DNA of 64,000 nt, taken from assembly GCA_949287075.1 (NCBI GenBank), contig CASEEU010000086.1, forward strand, positions 204 through 64,203. Reading direction: 5' to 3'. Source of the DNA: an uncultured Eubacteriales bacterium. Lineage in GTDB: Bacteria > Bacillota > Clostridia > TANB77 > CAG-508. The notes beneath the pieces were generated by a model. It ran no database searches and was not told the DNA's origin. It saw only the letters and a list, made by a program, of their open reading frames with translations. A program made the position numbers and the translations under genes. Shown here piece after piece: positions 47,606 to 57,068 of this stretch. Position 1 is the first letter of the stretch. Each line of letters opens with the position of its first letter.

Positions 47606-49338
47606 AAAAATTAGCAAGTTATATTAAAGAATATAAAAAAGATACCATATTAACACCAATTTTTGTTGTTTTAGAAGTTATTATGGAAGTAATTATTCCA
47701 CTATTAATGGCTAGAATTATAGATGTAGGAATCAAAAATGGAGATGTCCACTATATTTTAGAGATGGGAGCGTTACTAATTGTTTCAGCCATATTATCTT
47801 TAACATTTGGAATGTTATCTGGAAGATTTGCAGCAAAAGCTTCAGCTGGATATGCGAAAAACTTGAGAAAAGCAATGTTTCATAAAATACAAGATTATTC
47901 TTTTGAAAATATAGATAAATTTTCAACATCAAGTTTAGTAACACGTATGACAACAGATGTTACCAATGTGCAAATGGCTTTCCAAATGATTATTAGGATT
48001 TTGGTGAGAGGACCAATCATGATGATATTTGCATTATTAATGGTTATGTCTATTAGTATGAAATTATCAGCTGTCTTTTTTGTGGCAATACCAGTTTTGG
48101 GTGTGATCCTATTCTATATAGCGATAAAAGCACATCCCAACTTCGAAAGAGTATTTAAAAAATATGATAAATTAAATAGAGTTGTTCAAGAAAATGTATC
48201 TGCTATTCGAGTGGTAAAAGCTTATGTTAGAGAATCTTTTGAAGAAAAGAAATTTAAAGAAGTTAATGATGAAGTATATGAAAACTTCAAAAAAGCAGAA
48301 AAAATTGTTGCATTTAACGGACCAGTTATGCAATTTACCATTTATACATGTATTTTATTGATTTCATGGATTGGTACACAATTAATTGTTGGTGGAGAAA
48401 TGCAAACAGGACAATTATCAAGTATTATTACATATGCATGGCAAATTCTTGCAAGCTTAATGATGTTATCATTTGTATTTGTAATGATTATTATGGCACA
48501 ATCATCAGCAGAAAGAATTATTGAAGTGATTGATGAAGAACCTACTATAAAAGATAAAGAAAATCCACTAACAGAAGTAAAAGATGGATCTATCAAATTT
48601 GAAAATGTAAGTTTCCAATACAGTGATGAGCAAAATGATGATAAATTTGCTCTGGAAAATATTAATTTAGATATTAAAGCAGGAGAAACCATAGGAATCA
48701 TTGGTGGAACAGGAAGTTCAAAATCAACACTTGTACAATTAATTCCAAGACTATATGATGTTACAAAAGGAAGTATCAAAGTAGGCGGCGTTGATGTTAA
48801 AGACTATGAAATACATGCTTTAAGAGATGGCGTAGCGATGGTATTACAAAAAAATGTCTTATTTTCTGGAACCATTGCAGAAAACTTAAGATGGGGAGAT
48901 AAAGAAGCAGACCAAGAAGAATTAGAAGAAGCTTGTAAATTAGCACAAGCAGATGGCTTTATCAAAGAATTCCCAAGTAAATATGAAACGGTATTAGACC
49001 AAGGTGGTACAAATGTTTCAGGAGGACAAAAACAAAGAATTTGTATTGCAAGAGCCATGTTAAAGAAACCAAAAATATTAATTTTAGATGACTCAACAAG
49101 TGCCGTAGATACAAAAACAGATGCATTAATTCGAAAAGCATTTAGAGAAGAAATTCCAAACACAACAAAAATCATTATTGCACAAAGGGTTTCTTCAGTA
49201 GAAGATGCAGATAAGATTATTGTTTTAAATGAAGGAAAAATAGATGGCATTGGAACATCTGAAGAATTATTAAAAACAAATGCAATTTATAGAGAAGTAT
49301 ATGAATCACAGATGAAAGGAGGAGACGAAGATGCCTAA
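47599..49338 (+). CDS. ABC exporter, fused permease/ATPase (heterodimer subunit 1)
   Basis: Six TM helices, Walker A GGTGSSKST, signature VSGGQKQR and Walker B ILILDDSTSAVD. Confidence 0.85.
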   Translation: MLKKLASYIKEYKKDTILTPIFVVLEVIMEVIIPLLMARIIDVGIKNGDVHYILEMGALLIVSAILSLTFGMLSGRFAAKASAGYAKNLRKAMFHKIQDYSFENIDKFSTSSLVTRMTTDVTNVQMAFQMIIRILVRGPIMMIFALLMVMSISMKLSAVFFVAIPVLGVILFYIAIKAHPNFERVFKKYDKLNRVVQENVSAIRVVKAYVRESFEEKKFKEVNDEVYENFKKAEKIVAFNGPVMQFTIYTCILLISWIGTQLIVGGEMQTGQLSSIITYAWQILASLMMLSFVFVMIIMAQSSAERIIEVIDEEPTIKDKENPLTEVKDGSIKFENVSFQYSDEQNDDKFALENINLDIKAGETIGIIGGTGSSKSTLVQLIPRLYDVTKGSIKVGGVDVKDYEIHALRDGVAMVLQKNVLFSGTIAENLRWGDKEADQEELEEACKLAQADGFIKEFPSKYETVLDQGGTNVSGGQKQRICIARAMLKKPKILILDDSTSAVDTKTDALIRKAFREEIPNTTKIIIAQRVSSVEDADKIIVLNEGKIDGIGTSEELLKTNAIYREVYESQMKGGDEDA

Positions 49339-51193
49339 AACCAAAGGAAAGAAAAGAAAAACAATTAAAAGATTATTAAAATATGTAACAGAAGGATATA
49401 AATTACAATTAGCAGTTGTTTTAGTTAGTATCATCATTAGTGCTTTAGTTGGTGTTATTGGTACACAATTTATTAAATATTTAATCGATGATTTTATCAC
49501 ACCACTTTTAGGAAGTCAGTCTCCAGACTATACAGGATTATTAAATGTGATTATGATAATGGCAGTTGTATATTTAGTAGGTGTGGTTTGTACATTTACA
49601 TATAACCGATTAATGGTGAATATATCACAAGGTGTTTTAAACAAGATTCGTACGCAAATGTTTAATCATATGCAAAAATTACCAATTAGATATTTTGACA
49701 GTAGAACACATGGAGACATTATGAGTACTTATACAAATGACGTAGATACTTTAAGACAAATGTTAAGTCAAAGTATTCCTCAAGTATTTTCAGCTTGTGT
49801 TTCTATGGTAGCTGTATTAATTGCGATGCTTGCAACTAACATTTATTTAACACTTGTTGTATTAGCGATGGTTATATTAATGATATTTGTATCTAGATAT
49901 TTGGGTGGAAATAGTTCAAGATTTTTCGTTAAACAACAAGAAGATATCGGAAAAGTCAATGGATATATTGAAGAAATGATGGAAGGACAAAAAGTTGTCA
50001 AAGTATTTAATTATGAAGAAGATTCAAAAGCAAAATTTGATGACTTAAATGAACAATTATGTGATAGTATGACAAAAGCCAATATGTATGCAAATATCTT
50101 AATGCCATGTATCATGAATATAGGAAATTTAGGATATGTATTAGTTGCTGTTATAGGCGGTATTTTATCTGTTAATGGAATTTTAACAATTGGTAGTATT
50201 GCGGCTTTTTTACAATATGTAAAAGCATTTACAAATCCATTAGGTCAAGTATCTCAACAAATGAACTCTATTATTATGGCATTAGCAGGAGCAGAGAGAA
50301 TCTTCGATTTAATTGACCAAGAAGAAGAAGTGGATGAAGGATATGTAACATTAGTGAATGCCAAAATGGAAAATGGAAAAATTGTGGAATCTGAAGAGAG
50401 AACAGGAATGTGGGCATGGAAACACCCTCATAAAGATGGAAGAATTACCTATACAAGACTTCGCGGTCAAGTAGAATTTGAAAATGTACAATTTGGCTAT
50501 GAGCCAAAGAAACGAATTTTACATAATATTTCATTAACTGCAAAAGAAGGTCAAAAAGTATCATTTGTAGGAGCAACAGGAGCAGGGAAGACAACAATTA
50601 CAAATTTAATTAACAGATTTTATGATATCCAAGATGGAAAAATTCGCTATGATAGAATTAATATCAGAAAAATTAAGAAAGATGATTTAAGAAAATCATT
50701 AGGAATGGTTCTTCAAGATACAAGTTTGTTTACAGGAACTATCAGGGATAACATTCGTTATGGAAAATTAAATGCAACAGATGAAGAAGTTGAAGCAGCT
50801 GCAAAACTTTCAAATGCAGATAAATTTATTAAACATTTACCACACGGATATGATACGATGATAACTGGTAATGGAGAAGGTTTATCACAAGGTCAAAGAC
50901 AATTATTATCTATTGCAAGAGCAGCATTAAATAATCCACCAGTATTAATCTTAGATGAAGCAACATCAAGTATTGATACCAGAACAGAAAAAATTGTTCA
51001 AGAAGGAATGGATAAATTAATGAAGGGAAGAACTGTATTTGTCATCGCACATAGACTTTCAACAATCAAAAACTCTGATTTAATTATGGTATTAGATCAT
51101 GGAAGAATTATTGAGAGAGGAAATCATAAAGAGTTAATTGCACAAAAAGGAACCTATTATGGATTATATACAGGTGCGATTGAAATAGATTAA
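49331..51193 (+). CDS. ABC exporter, fused permease/ATPase (heterodimer subunit 2)
   Basis: Six TM helices, Walker A GATGAGKTT, signature LSQGQRQL and Walker B VLILDEATSSID. There is an 8-nt overlap with the upstream gene. Confidence 0.85.
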   Translation: MPKTKGKKRKTIKRLLKYVTEGYKLQLAVVLVSIIISALVGVIGTQFIKYLIDDFITPLLGSQSPDYTGLLNVIMIMAVVYLVGVVCTFTYNRLMVNISQGVLNKIRTQMFNHMQKLPIRYFDSRTHGDIMSTYTNDVDTLRQMLSQSIPQVFSACVSMVAVLIAMLATNIYLTLVVLAMVILMIFVSRYLGGNSSRFFVKQQEDIGKVNGYIEEMMEGQKVVKVFNYEEDSKAKFDDLNEQLCDSMTKANMYANILMPCIMNIGNLGYVLVAVIGGILSVNGILTIGSIAAFLQYVKAFTNPLGQVSQQMNSIIMALAGAERIFDLIDQEEEVDEGYVTLVNAKMENGKIVESEERTGMWAWKHPHKDGRITYTRLRGQVEFENVQFGYEPKKRILHNISLTAKEGQKVSFVGATGAGKTTITNLINRFYDIQDGKIRYDRINIRKIKKDDLRKSLGMVLQDTSLFTGTIRDNIRYGKLNATDEEVEAAAKLSNADKFIKHLPHGYDTMITGNGEGLSQGQRQLLSIARAALNNPPVLILDEATSSIDTRTEKIVQEGMDKLMKGRTVFVIAHRLSTIKNSDLIMVLDHGRIIERGNHKELIAQKGTYYGLYTGAIEID

Positions 51194-51235
51194 AAATGTC
51201 CAATTGTGGATTGCTATTCACAATTGGACATTTTT
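51192..51235 (+). terminator. Intrinsic terminator of the ABC operon
   Basis: tgtccaattgtg / cacaattggaca, a 12-bp stem extended by A/T pairs, followed by ttttt. Confidence 0.75.
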
Positions 51236-51356
51236 AGTTTTTTTTATAAAAAGCTATGCAAAATAAATTTATTATGATAAAATTTAAAAGAAAATGTTAT
51301 AATTTCTGTAAAAATAGGAAATTATGCAAAAATAAAAAATAAAAGGGGGATAACCA

Positions 51357-53063
51357 ATGAAAACGAAAGTAGTAGGAAAAGTATTAATCGTGCTAGTTGT
51401 ACTAATTTTAATTGCAGGAGGTGCTTTTGCATATGCATATTTTGGAACAGATTTATTTAAAACAAATGAAGAACTGTTTTTCAAATATTTAGGACAAATT
51501 GCTAGTGAGAAAAATGGCTTTGTAGAAAGTAGTTTAAAAGAATACACAAACAGAAAATACGAAGGAAAATATAAGGATTCTGGAGAATTTTCAATGGATG
51601 TAGATATTAGTGAAATGGATTCTGACATAGTAGATACATTAAAAGATTTTAAAATAACATATGAAGGAAACATTGACAATACAGAAAGAAAAAATGAGCA
51701 AAATATTACATTAAATTATTCTGATGATGTAAAATTCCCATTTAGATACAAATATGCTAATGAAACAGTGGGACTACAAGCAGATGGTGTAACAGAAAAA
51801 TATATTGCAATTGAAAATAAAAATTTAAAAGATTTTGCTAAGAAATTAGAAATAGAGGATACTGACTCAATTCCAGATTCTATTGATTTCTTTGAAAAAA
51901 TCAGAAATAATGAATTATCAGAAGAGGAAAGAAAACAAATCTCTGAAACATATTCACCTATATTCGTAGAAAACTTACAAGGAAAAGAATTTACGAAAAA
52001 TGAAGAAGACGGGGGAGCTAGTTATTCAGTAAAAATCACATATGAAGAATTGCAAAAAATGACTCTAGAAACATTAAAAGCATTAAAAGAGGATTCTGTT
52101 TTAATGCCAAAATTAGAAGAATCTTTTAAAGAAATATTAGAAATAGCAAATGAAAATTCTAGAGAAGAAATTACAATTGAAGAAACTATTCAAGAAATGA
52201 TTGATGAGTTAGAAGATGCAGAAGCAGAAGAAGGAGAAGTTACAGTAACTGTATCTCAAAAAGACAGAAAATTATCAGCAATAAAAGTTGAAACAGAAGC
52301 AGATTCAACAAAAGTAGAAATTAATATAGCTAAAACAGAAGAATCAGATAATTTAAAATATGATATGGAATTCAAAATGTCAAATTCTGAAGAAGAACAA
52401 GAAATGAGATTTTTTGTAACATCAAGTTTCCAAGGATTAAGCCAAATGCAAACTGTAAACGAAAATTATGAATACGGGCTTACAGGAAATATTGAAGGCG
52501 AAGAAATAAAAATGGTATATAACTTAAAATGTACAGATACGTTTGATGATTCCATTACAATAGAAGATTATAAACAAGACGAAGTACAAGTTCTAAATGA
52601 ATGTGACCAAGAAGAAATGGTAGAAATACTTATGGATGCAGGACAAAAAATTTATGAAATAAATGAAGAACAAATGGATGAAATAGGATTTACTGAATAT
52701 GGAAACCCAATTATGTTTGCATCACCAATTTTGTCAACAGGGATACTTATGTATAATCAAACAACAAGTGCAGTAAGAAATAATTCTATGTCAGAAGTAG
52801 AAAAAAGCACATTTAATGCTAGATTTGAGCAATATGAAGGTAACCAAAGAGGAACAGCTGTAAGAACATTACTACAACAAGTGTTGAGCAATAATTTAAC
52901 ACAAGATGATAATGATAGGAAAATAGAGATTAGTGGAGATGTAGAAATGGGAAAAAATGATAGACAATCTCCAACTACTGATATTAAATCAGGTTCAACA
53001 TATGAGGTTGAATTGAAATATGATAATGGATATGTAAGTGAAATCATCATTACAGAAAATTAA
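51357..53063 (+). CDS. Hypothetical membrane-anchored, acidic 568-aa protein
   Basis: One N-terminal TM helix (VLIVLVVLILIAGGAFAYAYF) and strong RBS AAAGGGGGA. I recognised no motif. Confidence 0.5.
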   Translation: MKTKVVGKVLIVLVVLILIAGGAFAYAYFGTDLFKTNEELFFKYLGQIASEKNGFVESSLKEYTNRKYEGKYKDSGEFSMDVDISEMDSDIVDTLKDFKITYEGNIDNTERKNEQNITLNYSDDVKFPFRYKYANETVGLQADGVTEKYIAIENKNLKDFAKKLEIEDTDSIPDSIDFFEKIRNNELSEEERKQISETYSPIFVENLQGKEFTKNEEDGGASYSVKITYEELQKMTLETLKALKEDSVLMPKLEESFKEILEIANENSREEITIEETIQEMIDELEDAEAEEGEVTVTVSQKDRKLSAIKVETEADSTKVEINIAKTEESDNLKYDMEFKMSNSEEEQEMRFFVTSSFQGLSQMQTVNENYEYGLTGNIEGEEIKMVYNLKCTDTFDDSITIEDYKQDEVQVLNECDQEEMVEILMDAGQKIYEINEEQMDEIGFTEYGNPIMFASPILSTGILMYNQTTSAVRNNSMSEVEKSTFNARFEQYEGNQRGTAVRTLLQQVLSNNLTQDDNDRKIEISGDVEMGKNDRQSPTTDIKSGSTYEVELKYDNGYVSEIIITEN

Positions 53064-53066
53064 GCT

Positions 53067-53110
53067 AAAAAAGATGTATTTGCTTTAATTTTGCAAATAC
53101 ATCTTTTTTT
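53067..53110 (+). terminator. Intrinsic terminator
   Basis: gatgtatttgc / gcaaatacatc stem followed by ttttttt. Confidence 0.7.
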
Positions 53111-53182
53111 ATGAATAATAGTGAATTTTAAAATAAAAGATGATATAATAGGTAAAAATAAAAATGGTTAAGGAGGATAAGG

Positions 53183-54355
53183 ATGAGAGATATGACGATT
53201 TCACAAGATATTCTATATATAGGAGCAAGTGATAAGGATATAAAAATATTTGAAAGTCAATATGTACTGGAAAATGGGATGAGCTACAATTCTTATTTAA
53301 TAAAAGATGAAAAAAATGTTGTATTAGATACAATTGATGAAAAATTAACAGATACATGGTTAGAAAATTTAGAAAAAGCATTAGATGGAGAAAAACCAGA
53401 TTATTTAATAGTTTCACATATGGAACCAGATCATGCATATAATATAGGTGCAATTGTAAAAAAATATCCAGAAATGAAAATTGTTGGAAATCAACTTACC
53501 TTTAATATGCTTGCAAATTTTTTCAAAGAAATTGATTTTTCTAATAGAAAATTTGTTGTTATGGAAGGTGATGTATTAGATATTGGAAAACATAAATTGC
53601 AATTTTTTATGGCACCAATGGTACATTGGCCAGAAGTTATGGTGACTTATGAGCAGACAGAAAAAATCTTATTTTCAGCAGATGGATTTGGAAAATTTGG
53701 AGCATTAGATGTAGATGAAGAATGGGATTGTGAAGCAAGAAGATATTATTTTGGAATTGTCGGAAAATATGGAATGCAAGTACAAGCATTGCTAAAAAAA
53801 GCTGCAACTTTAGACATTCAAATGATTTGTCCTTTACATGGACCAATCTTAAAAGAAAATTTAGGATATTATATCGATAAATATAATACATGGAGTAGTT
53901 ATAAGCCAGAAGAAGAAGGAATCTATATTGCTTGTAGTTCTATCTATGGAAACACTTTAAAAGCTGCTCAAAAGTTAGCAGACATCTTAAAAGAAAAAGG
54001 TGCAAAAAAAGTTGTATTAGTAGATTTGACGAAAGAAGATTGGGCAGAAGCTATTGAAGATGCCTTTAGATATTCACACTTAATTGTAGCATCTTCTAGT
54101 TATAATGCTGGATTATTCCCACCAATGAAACAATTTTTAGACCATCTAAAAGAAAGAAATTATCAAAACAGAACAGTAGGAATTATAGAAAATGGTTCAT
54201 GGGCACCTTCAGCTGGAAAATGCATGAAAGGAATTTTAGAAGAAATGAAAAATATCCGTATTATAGAACCAATTATTACGATAAAATCAACAATGAGTGA
54301 AGAAAATATGAAACAAATGGAAGAAATGACAGATAAAATTTTAGAGAATGAATAG
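53183..54355 (+). CDS. FprA-type flavodiiron protein (metallo-beta-lactamase + flavodoxin domains)
   Basis: The di-iron motif is VSHMEPDHA; MVHWPE follows; the C-terminus is a flavodoxin-like domain (IYIACSSIYGNT). Confidence 0.8.
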   Translation: MRDMTISQDILYIGASDKDIKIFESQYVLENGMSYNSYLIKDEKNVVLDTIDEKLTDTWLENLEKALDGEKPDYLIVSHMEPDHAYNIGAIVKKYPEMKIVGNQLTFNMLANFFKEIDFSNRKFVVMEGDVLDIGKHKLQFFMAPMVHWPEVMVTYEQTEKILFSADGFGKFGALDVDEEWDCEARRYYFGIVGKYGMQVQALLKKAATLDIQMICPLHGPILKENLGYYIDKYNTWSSYKPEEEGIYIACSSIYGNTLKAAQKLADILKEKGAKKVVLVDLTKEDWAEAIEDAFRYSHLIVASSSYNAGLFPPMKQFLDHLKERNYQNRTVGIIENGSWAPSAGKCMKGILEEMKNIRIIEPIITIKSTMSEENMKQMEEMTDKILENE

Positions 54356-54371
54356 AAAAATAATGATAAAT

Positions 54372-54416
54372 AAAAATACACTATATTATTTGTAAAATAT
54401 ATAGTGTATTTTTTTG
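54372..54416 (+). terminator. Intrinsic terminator
   Basis: aaaatacactatat ... atatagtgtatttt stem followed by a T-run. Confidence 0.7.
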
Positions 54417-54731
54417 AAATATAGAATGATTAATCATTATTTTGATTAACTAAAACAGAACTATCGATTTATCAACAAATTTTTCTAATAGCATATGATT
54501 GATTTTTCCAATAACTATATTTTCTAAAATAAAGGCAATGATAAAGGTTACAGGAAATTTAATATTATATCATGTTTAAAAAATTGACGTAATAGTAAAT
54601 TTTAAAAAAATGGAAAATTTTTTATTGTGTATATATGAGGATAATGATATAATGCTGTTAAATAAAATGTCTAAATGGTCAAAGGATTAAATAGAGGATT
54701 TTTCATTGAAATATAAAGGTTGGTGATTTTT

Positions 54732-54917
54732 ATGTCACATAAAAAAATGGAAACAGGATTAATTGTAATAAAACACACAAAATTTGATAAAATAAGAAGA
54801 GGTTTGTTGATGTTTTTTTATGGAAAGGATTATAAAATATTTGAAAATTACCAACGACTAATAGAAATAAATAGACCTAAAAATATTATTATTCCAAAAG
54901 AAATCAAAAACCTTTAA
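54732..54917 (+). CDS. Small hypothetical protein (61 aa) upstream of the hydrolase gene
   Basis: The ORF has a weak RBS (GGTGAT). An extended -10 promoter (TTGTGT-17-TATAAT with TG) lies about 80 nt upstream. Confidence 0.3.
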   Translation: MSHKKMETGLIVIKHTKFDKIRRGLLMFFYGKDYKIFENYQRLIEINRPKNIIIPKEIKNL

Positions 54918-54938
54918 AATTAATAAAAAGGTGAGAAT

Positions 54939-55913
54939 ATGTGTACTTGTGTAACATTCAAAACAAAAGATTATTATTTTGGAAGGAATTTAGATTTAGA
55001 AGTTACTTTTGGAGAAAAAGTAGTCATAACACCTAGAAATTATGAGTTTACTTTAAGAAATCATACTAAAATGAAAACAAAATATGCCATGATAGGAATG
55101 GGAACAGTTGTAGATGATTATCCATTATATGCAGATAGCGGAAATGAAAAAGGATTATGTATGGCAGGATTATATTTTCCAGGAAATGCTGTTTATTTTG
55201 AAGAAAAAGAAAATGCTATAAATATTGCTTCATTTGAATTAATTCCATGGTGTTTAGGAAATTTTTCAAGTATAGCAGAATTAAGAGAAGTGTTAAATAA
55301 GATAAATATAACCAATCAAACATTTCAGAAAAATATGCCAGTTGTGGATTTACATTGGATAATTAGTGATGAAAAAGAATGTATAGTGTTAGAACAAACG
55401 AAAAATGGATTACAAATATATGAAAATCCCTATGGTGTTTTAACCAATAATCCACCTTTTTGTTATCATCAAATGAATATCAATAATTATATAAATATAT
55501 CAGCTAAATTTCCAACCAATACGTTTTCAGAAGAGCTTTCCTTAAAACCATATGGACAAGGAATGGGAATGATAGGTTTGCCAGGAGAGGTTACACCAAC
55601 TGCTAGATTTGTCAGAGCAGCATTTTATAAATTCAACTCTATCACAGATGAAGATGAAGAAAGTTCAATTTCTCAATTTTTTCATATCTTAGATTCTGTA
55701 TCAATGATAAAAGGAAGTGTTATTACAAAAGAAAATCACTATGATATGACAACCTATTCTTCTTGTATAAATGCAAGTAAAGGTATATATTATTTTAAAA
55801 CTTACTATAATAATCAAATTAATGCAGTTTTGTTAAATGAAGAAAATAAAAATAGAGATACATTGGAAATATATGAATTACCTCAAAAACAACATATACA
55901 ATATATGAATTAA
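54939..55913 (+). CDS. Choloylglycine hydrolase family protein (bile salt hydrolase / penicillin V acylase type Ntn hydrolase)
   Basis: MCTCVTFKT..YFGRNLD gives the Cys2 nucleophile. 324 aa. It has NNPPF and the typical length. Confidence 0.85.
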   Translation: MCTCVTFKTKDYYFGRNLDLEVTFGEKVVITPRNYEFTLRNHTKMKTKYAMIGMGTVVDDYPLYADSGNEKGLCMAGLYFPGNAVYFEEKENAINIASFELIPWCLGNFSSIAELREVLNKINITNQTFQKNMPVVDLHWIISDEKECIVLEQTKNGLQIYENPYGVLTNNPPFCYHQMNINNYINISAKFPTNTFSEELSLKPYGQGMGMIGLPGEVTPTARFVRAAFYKFNSITDEDEESSISQFFHILDSVSMIKGSVITKENHYDMTTYSSCINASKGIYYFKTYYNNQINAVLLNEENKNRDTLEIYELPQKQHIQYMN

Positions 55914-55942
55914 ATAAGAAAAGAAATAAGAGAGGAAAAATT

Positions 55943-56968
55943 ATGAAAAATATTAAAGACTATAGTTTAGAAGAATTAAAAGAAGAACTAAAAGAAATCG
56001 GAGAAAAGCCATTTCGAGCAGAACAAATATATAAATGGCTTTATGAAGCAAGAGTTTCTGATTTTGATGAAATGACCAATTTATCATTAGAATTAAGAGA
56101 AAAATTAAAACAAATCTATGAGATAAAAGAATTTAAGATATTAAAAAAACAAGTGGCATCAGATGGAACAAGAAAATACTTATTTGATGTCTTAGACGGA
56201 AATGCCATTGAGACTGTACTAATGGAATATCATCATGGATTTAGTATTTGTGTATCTTCGCAAATTGGTTGTAAAATGGGATGTAAATTTTGTGCATCAA
56301 CAGGAATTCCATTTGCAAGAAATTTAAGCTCAGGAGAAATTATTGAACAAATTATGGCAGTAGAAAGAGATGCCGATGTTAGAATTTCAAATATTGTATT
56401 TATGGGAATAGGAGAACCATTAGATAATTATGATAATGTCGTAAAAGCAATTCGAATTATCAACCATCCTAAGGGATTAAATATAGGAGCAAGACATATT
56501 AGTATATCTACAAGTGGTTTAGTACCAAAAATATATCAACTGGCAGAAGAAAACATACAATGTACATTATCGATTTCTTTACATGCAACAACAAATGAGC
56601 AAAGAAGTAAAATGATGCCTGTAAACAATATATACCATATAGAAGAACTATTACAAGCCTGCAAGGATTATATCGAAAAAACACATAGAAGAATCTCATT
56701 TGAGTATGCATTAGCAAAAGAAAATAATGACAATCTAGAAGATGCCAAACGATTAGTGAAATTGTTAAAAGGAATGCTTTGTCATGTGAATCTAATTCCA
56801 ATCAACAAAATAGAAAATGGAGCATATACAAAAAGCTCAAATGAAAATATTATGAAGTTTAGAGATTATTTAAATGACCATGGGATTGTGGCAACCATTA
56901 GAAGAGAATTAGGTTCAGACATTGATGCAGCATGTGGACAATTAAGAAGAAAAAATTTAAAACGATGA
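55943..56968 (+). CDS. rlmN: Radical-SAM 23S rRNA/tRNA adenine-C2 methyltransferase RlmN
   Basis: FRAEQIYKWLY, DGTRKYLF, IETVLM, CVSSQIGCKMGCKFCAS, GIGEPL, and DIDAACGQL. Confidence 0.8.
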   Translation: MKNIKDYSLEELKEELKEIGEKPFRAEQIYKWLYEARVSDFDEMTNLSLELREKLKQIYEIKEFKILKKQVASDGTRKYLFDVLDGNAIETVLMEYHHGFSICVSSQIGCKMGCKFCASTGIPFARNLSSGEIIEQIMAVERDADVRISNIVFMGIGEPLDNYDNVVKAIRIINHPKGLNIGARHISISTSGLVPKIYQLAEENIQCTLSISLHATTNEQRSKMMPVNNIYHIEELLQACKDYIEKTHRRISFEYALAKENNDNLEDAKRLVKLLKGMLCHVNLIPINKIENGAYTKSSNENIMKFRDYLNDHGIVATIRRELGSDIDAACGQLRRKNLKR

Positions 56969-57068
56969 CTTTGGGGACGGAGCAAAAAATCATCATTTAA
57001 TCTATAAAAGTTTTATAAAAATCTTTATAGAATGATGATTTTTTGCTCCGTCCCCAAAGTCATCGTTT
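56960..57068. repeat. 109-bp near-perfect palindrome; the 38-bp perfect arms include the stop codons of both convergent genes
   Basis: aaacgatgactttggggacggagcaaaaaatcatcatt (56960..56997) is the exact reverse complement of 57031..57068. The 33-nt centre is itself partly palindromic. Both genes end ...K R stop, encoded by aaacgatga. Confidence 0.9.

Noticed and set aside
55943-56968. A possible Cfr-type antibiotic-resistance methyltransferase, since the radical-SAM gene is isolated and lies next to an accessory block.
   Set aside because: The N-terminal FRAEQIYKWLY, DGTRKYLF and IETVLM segments, and the overall pattern, look RlmN-like rather than Cfr-like. Without a phylogeny this remains the default call.
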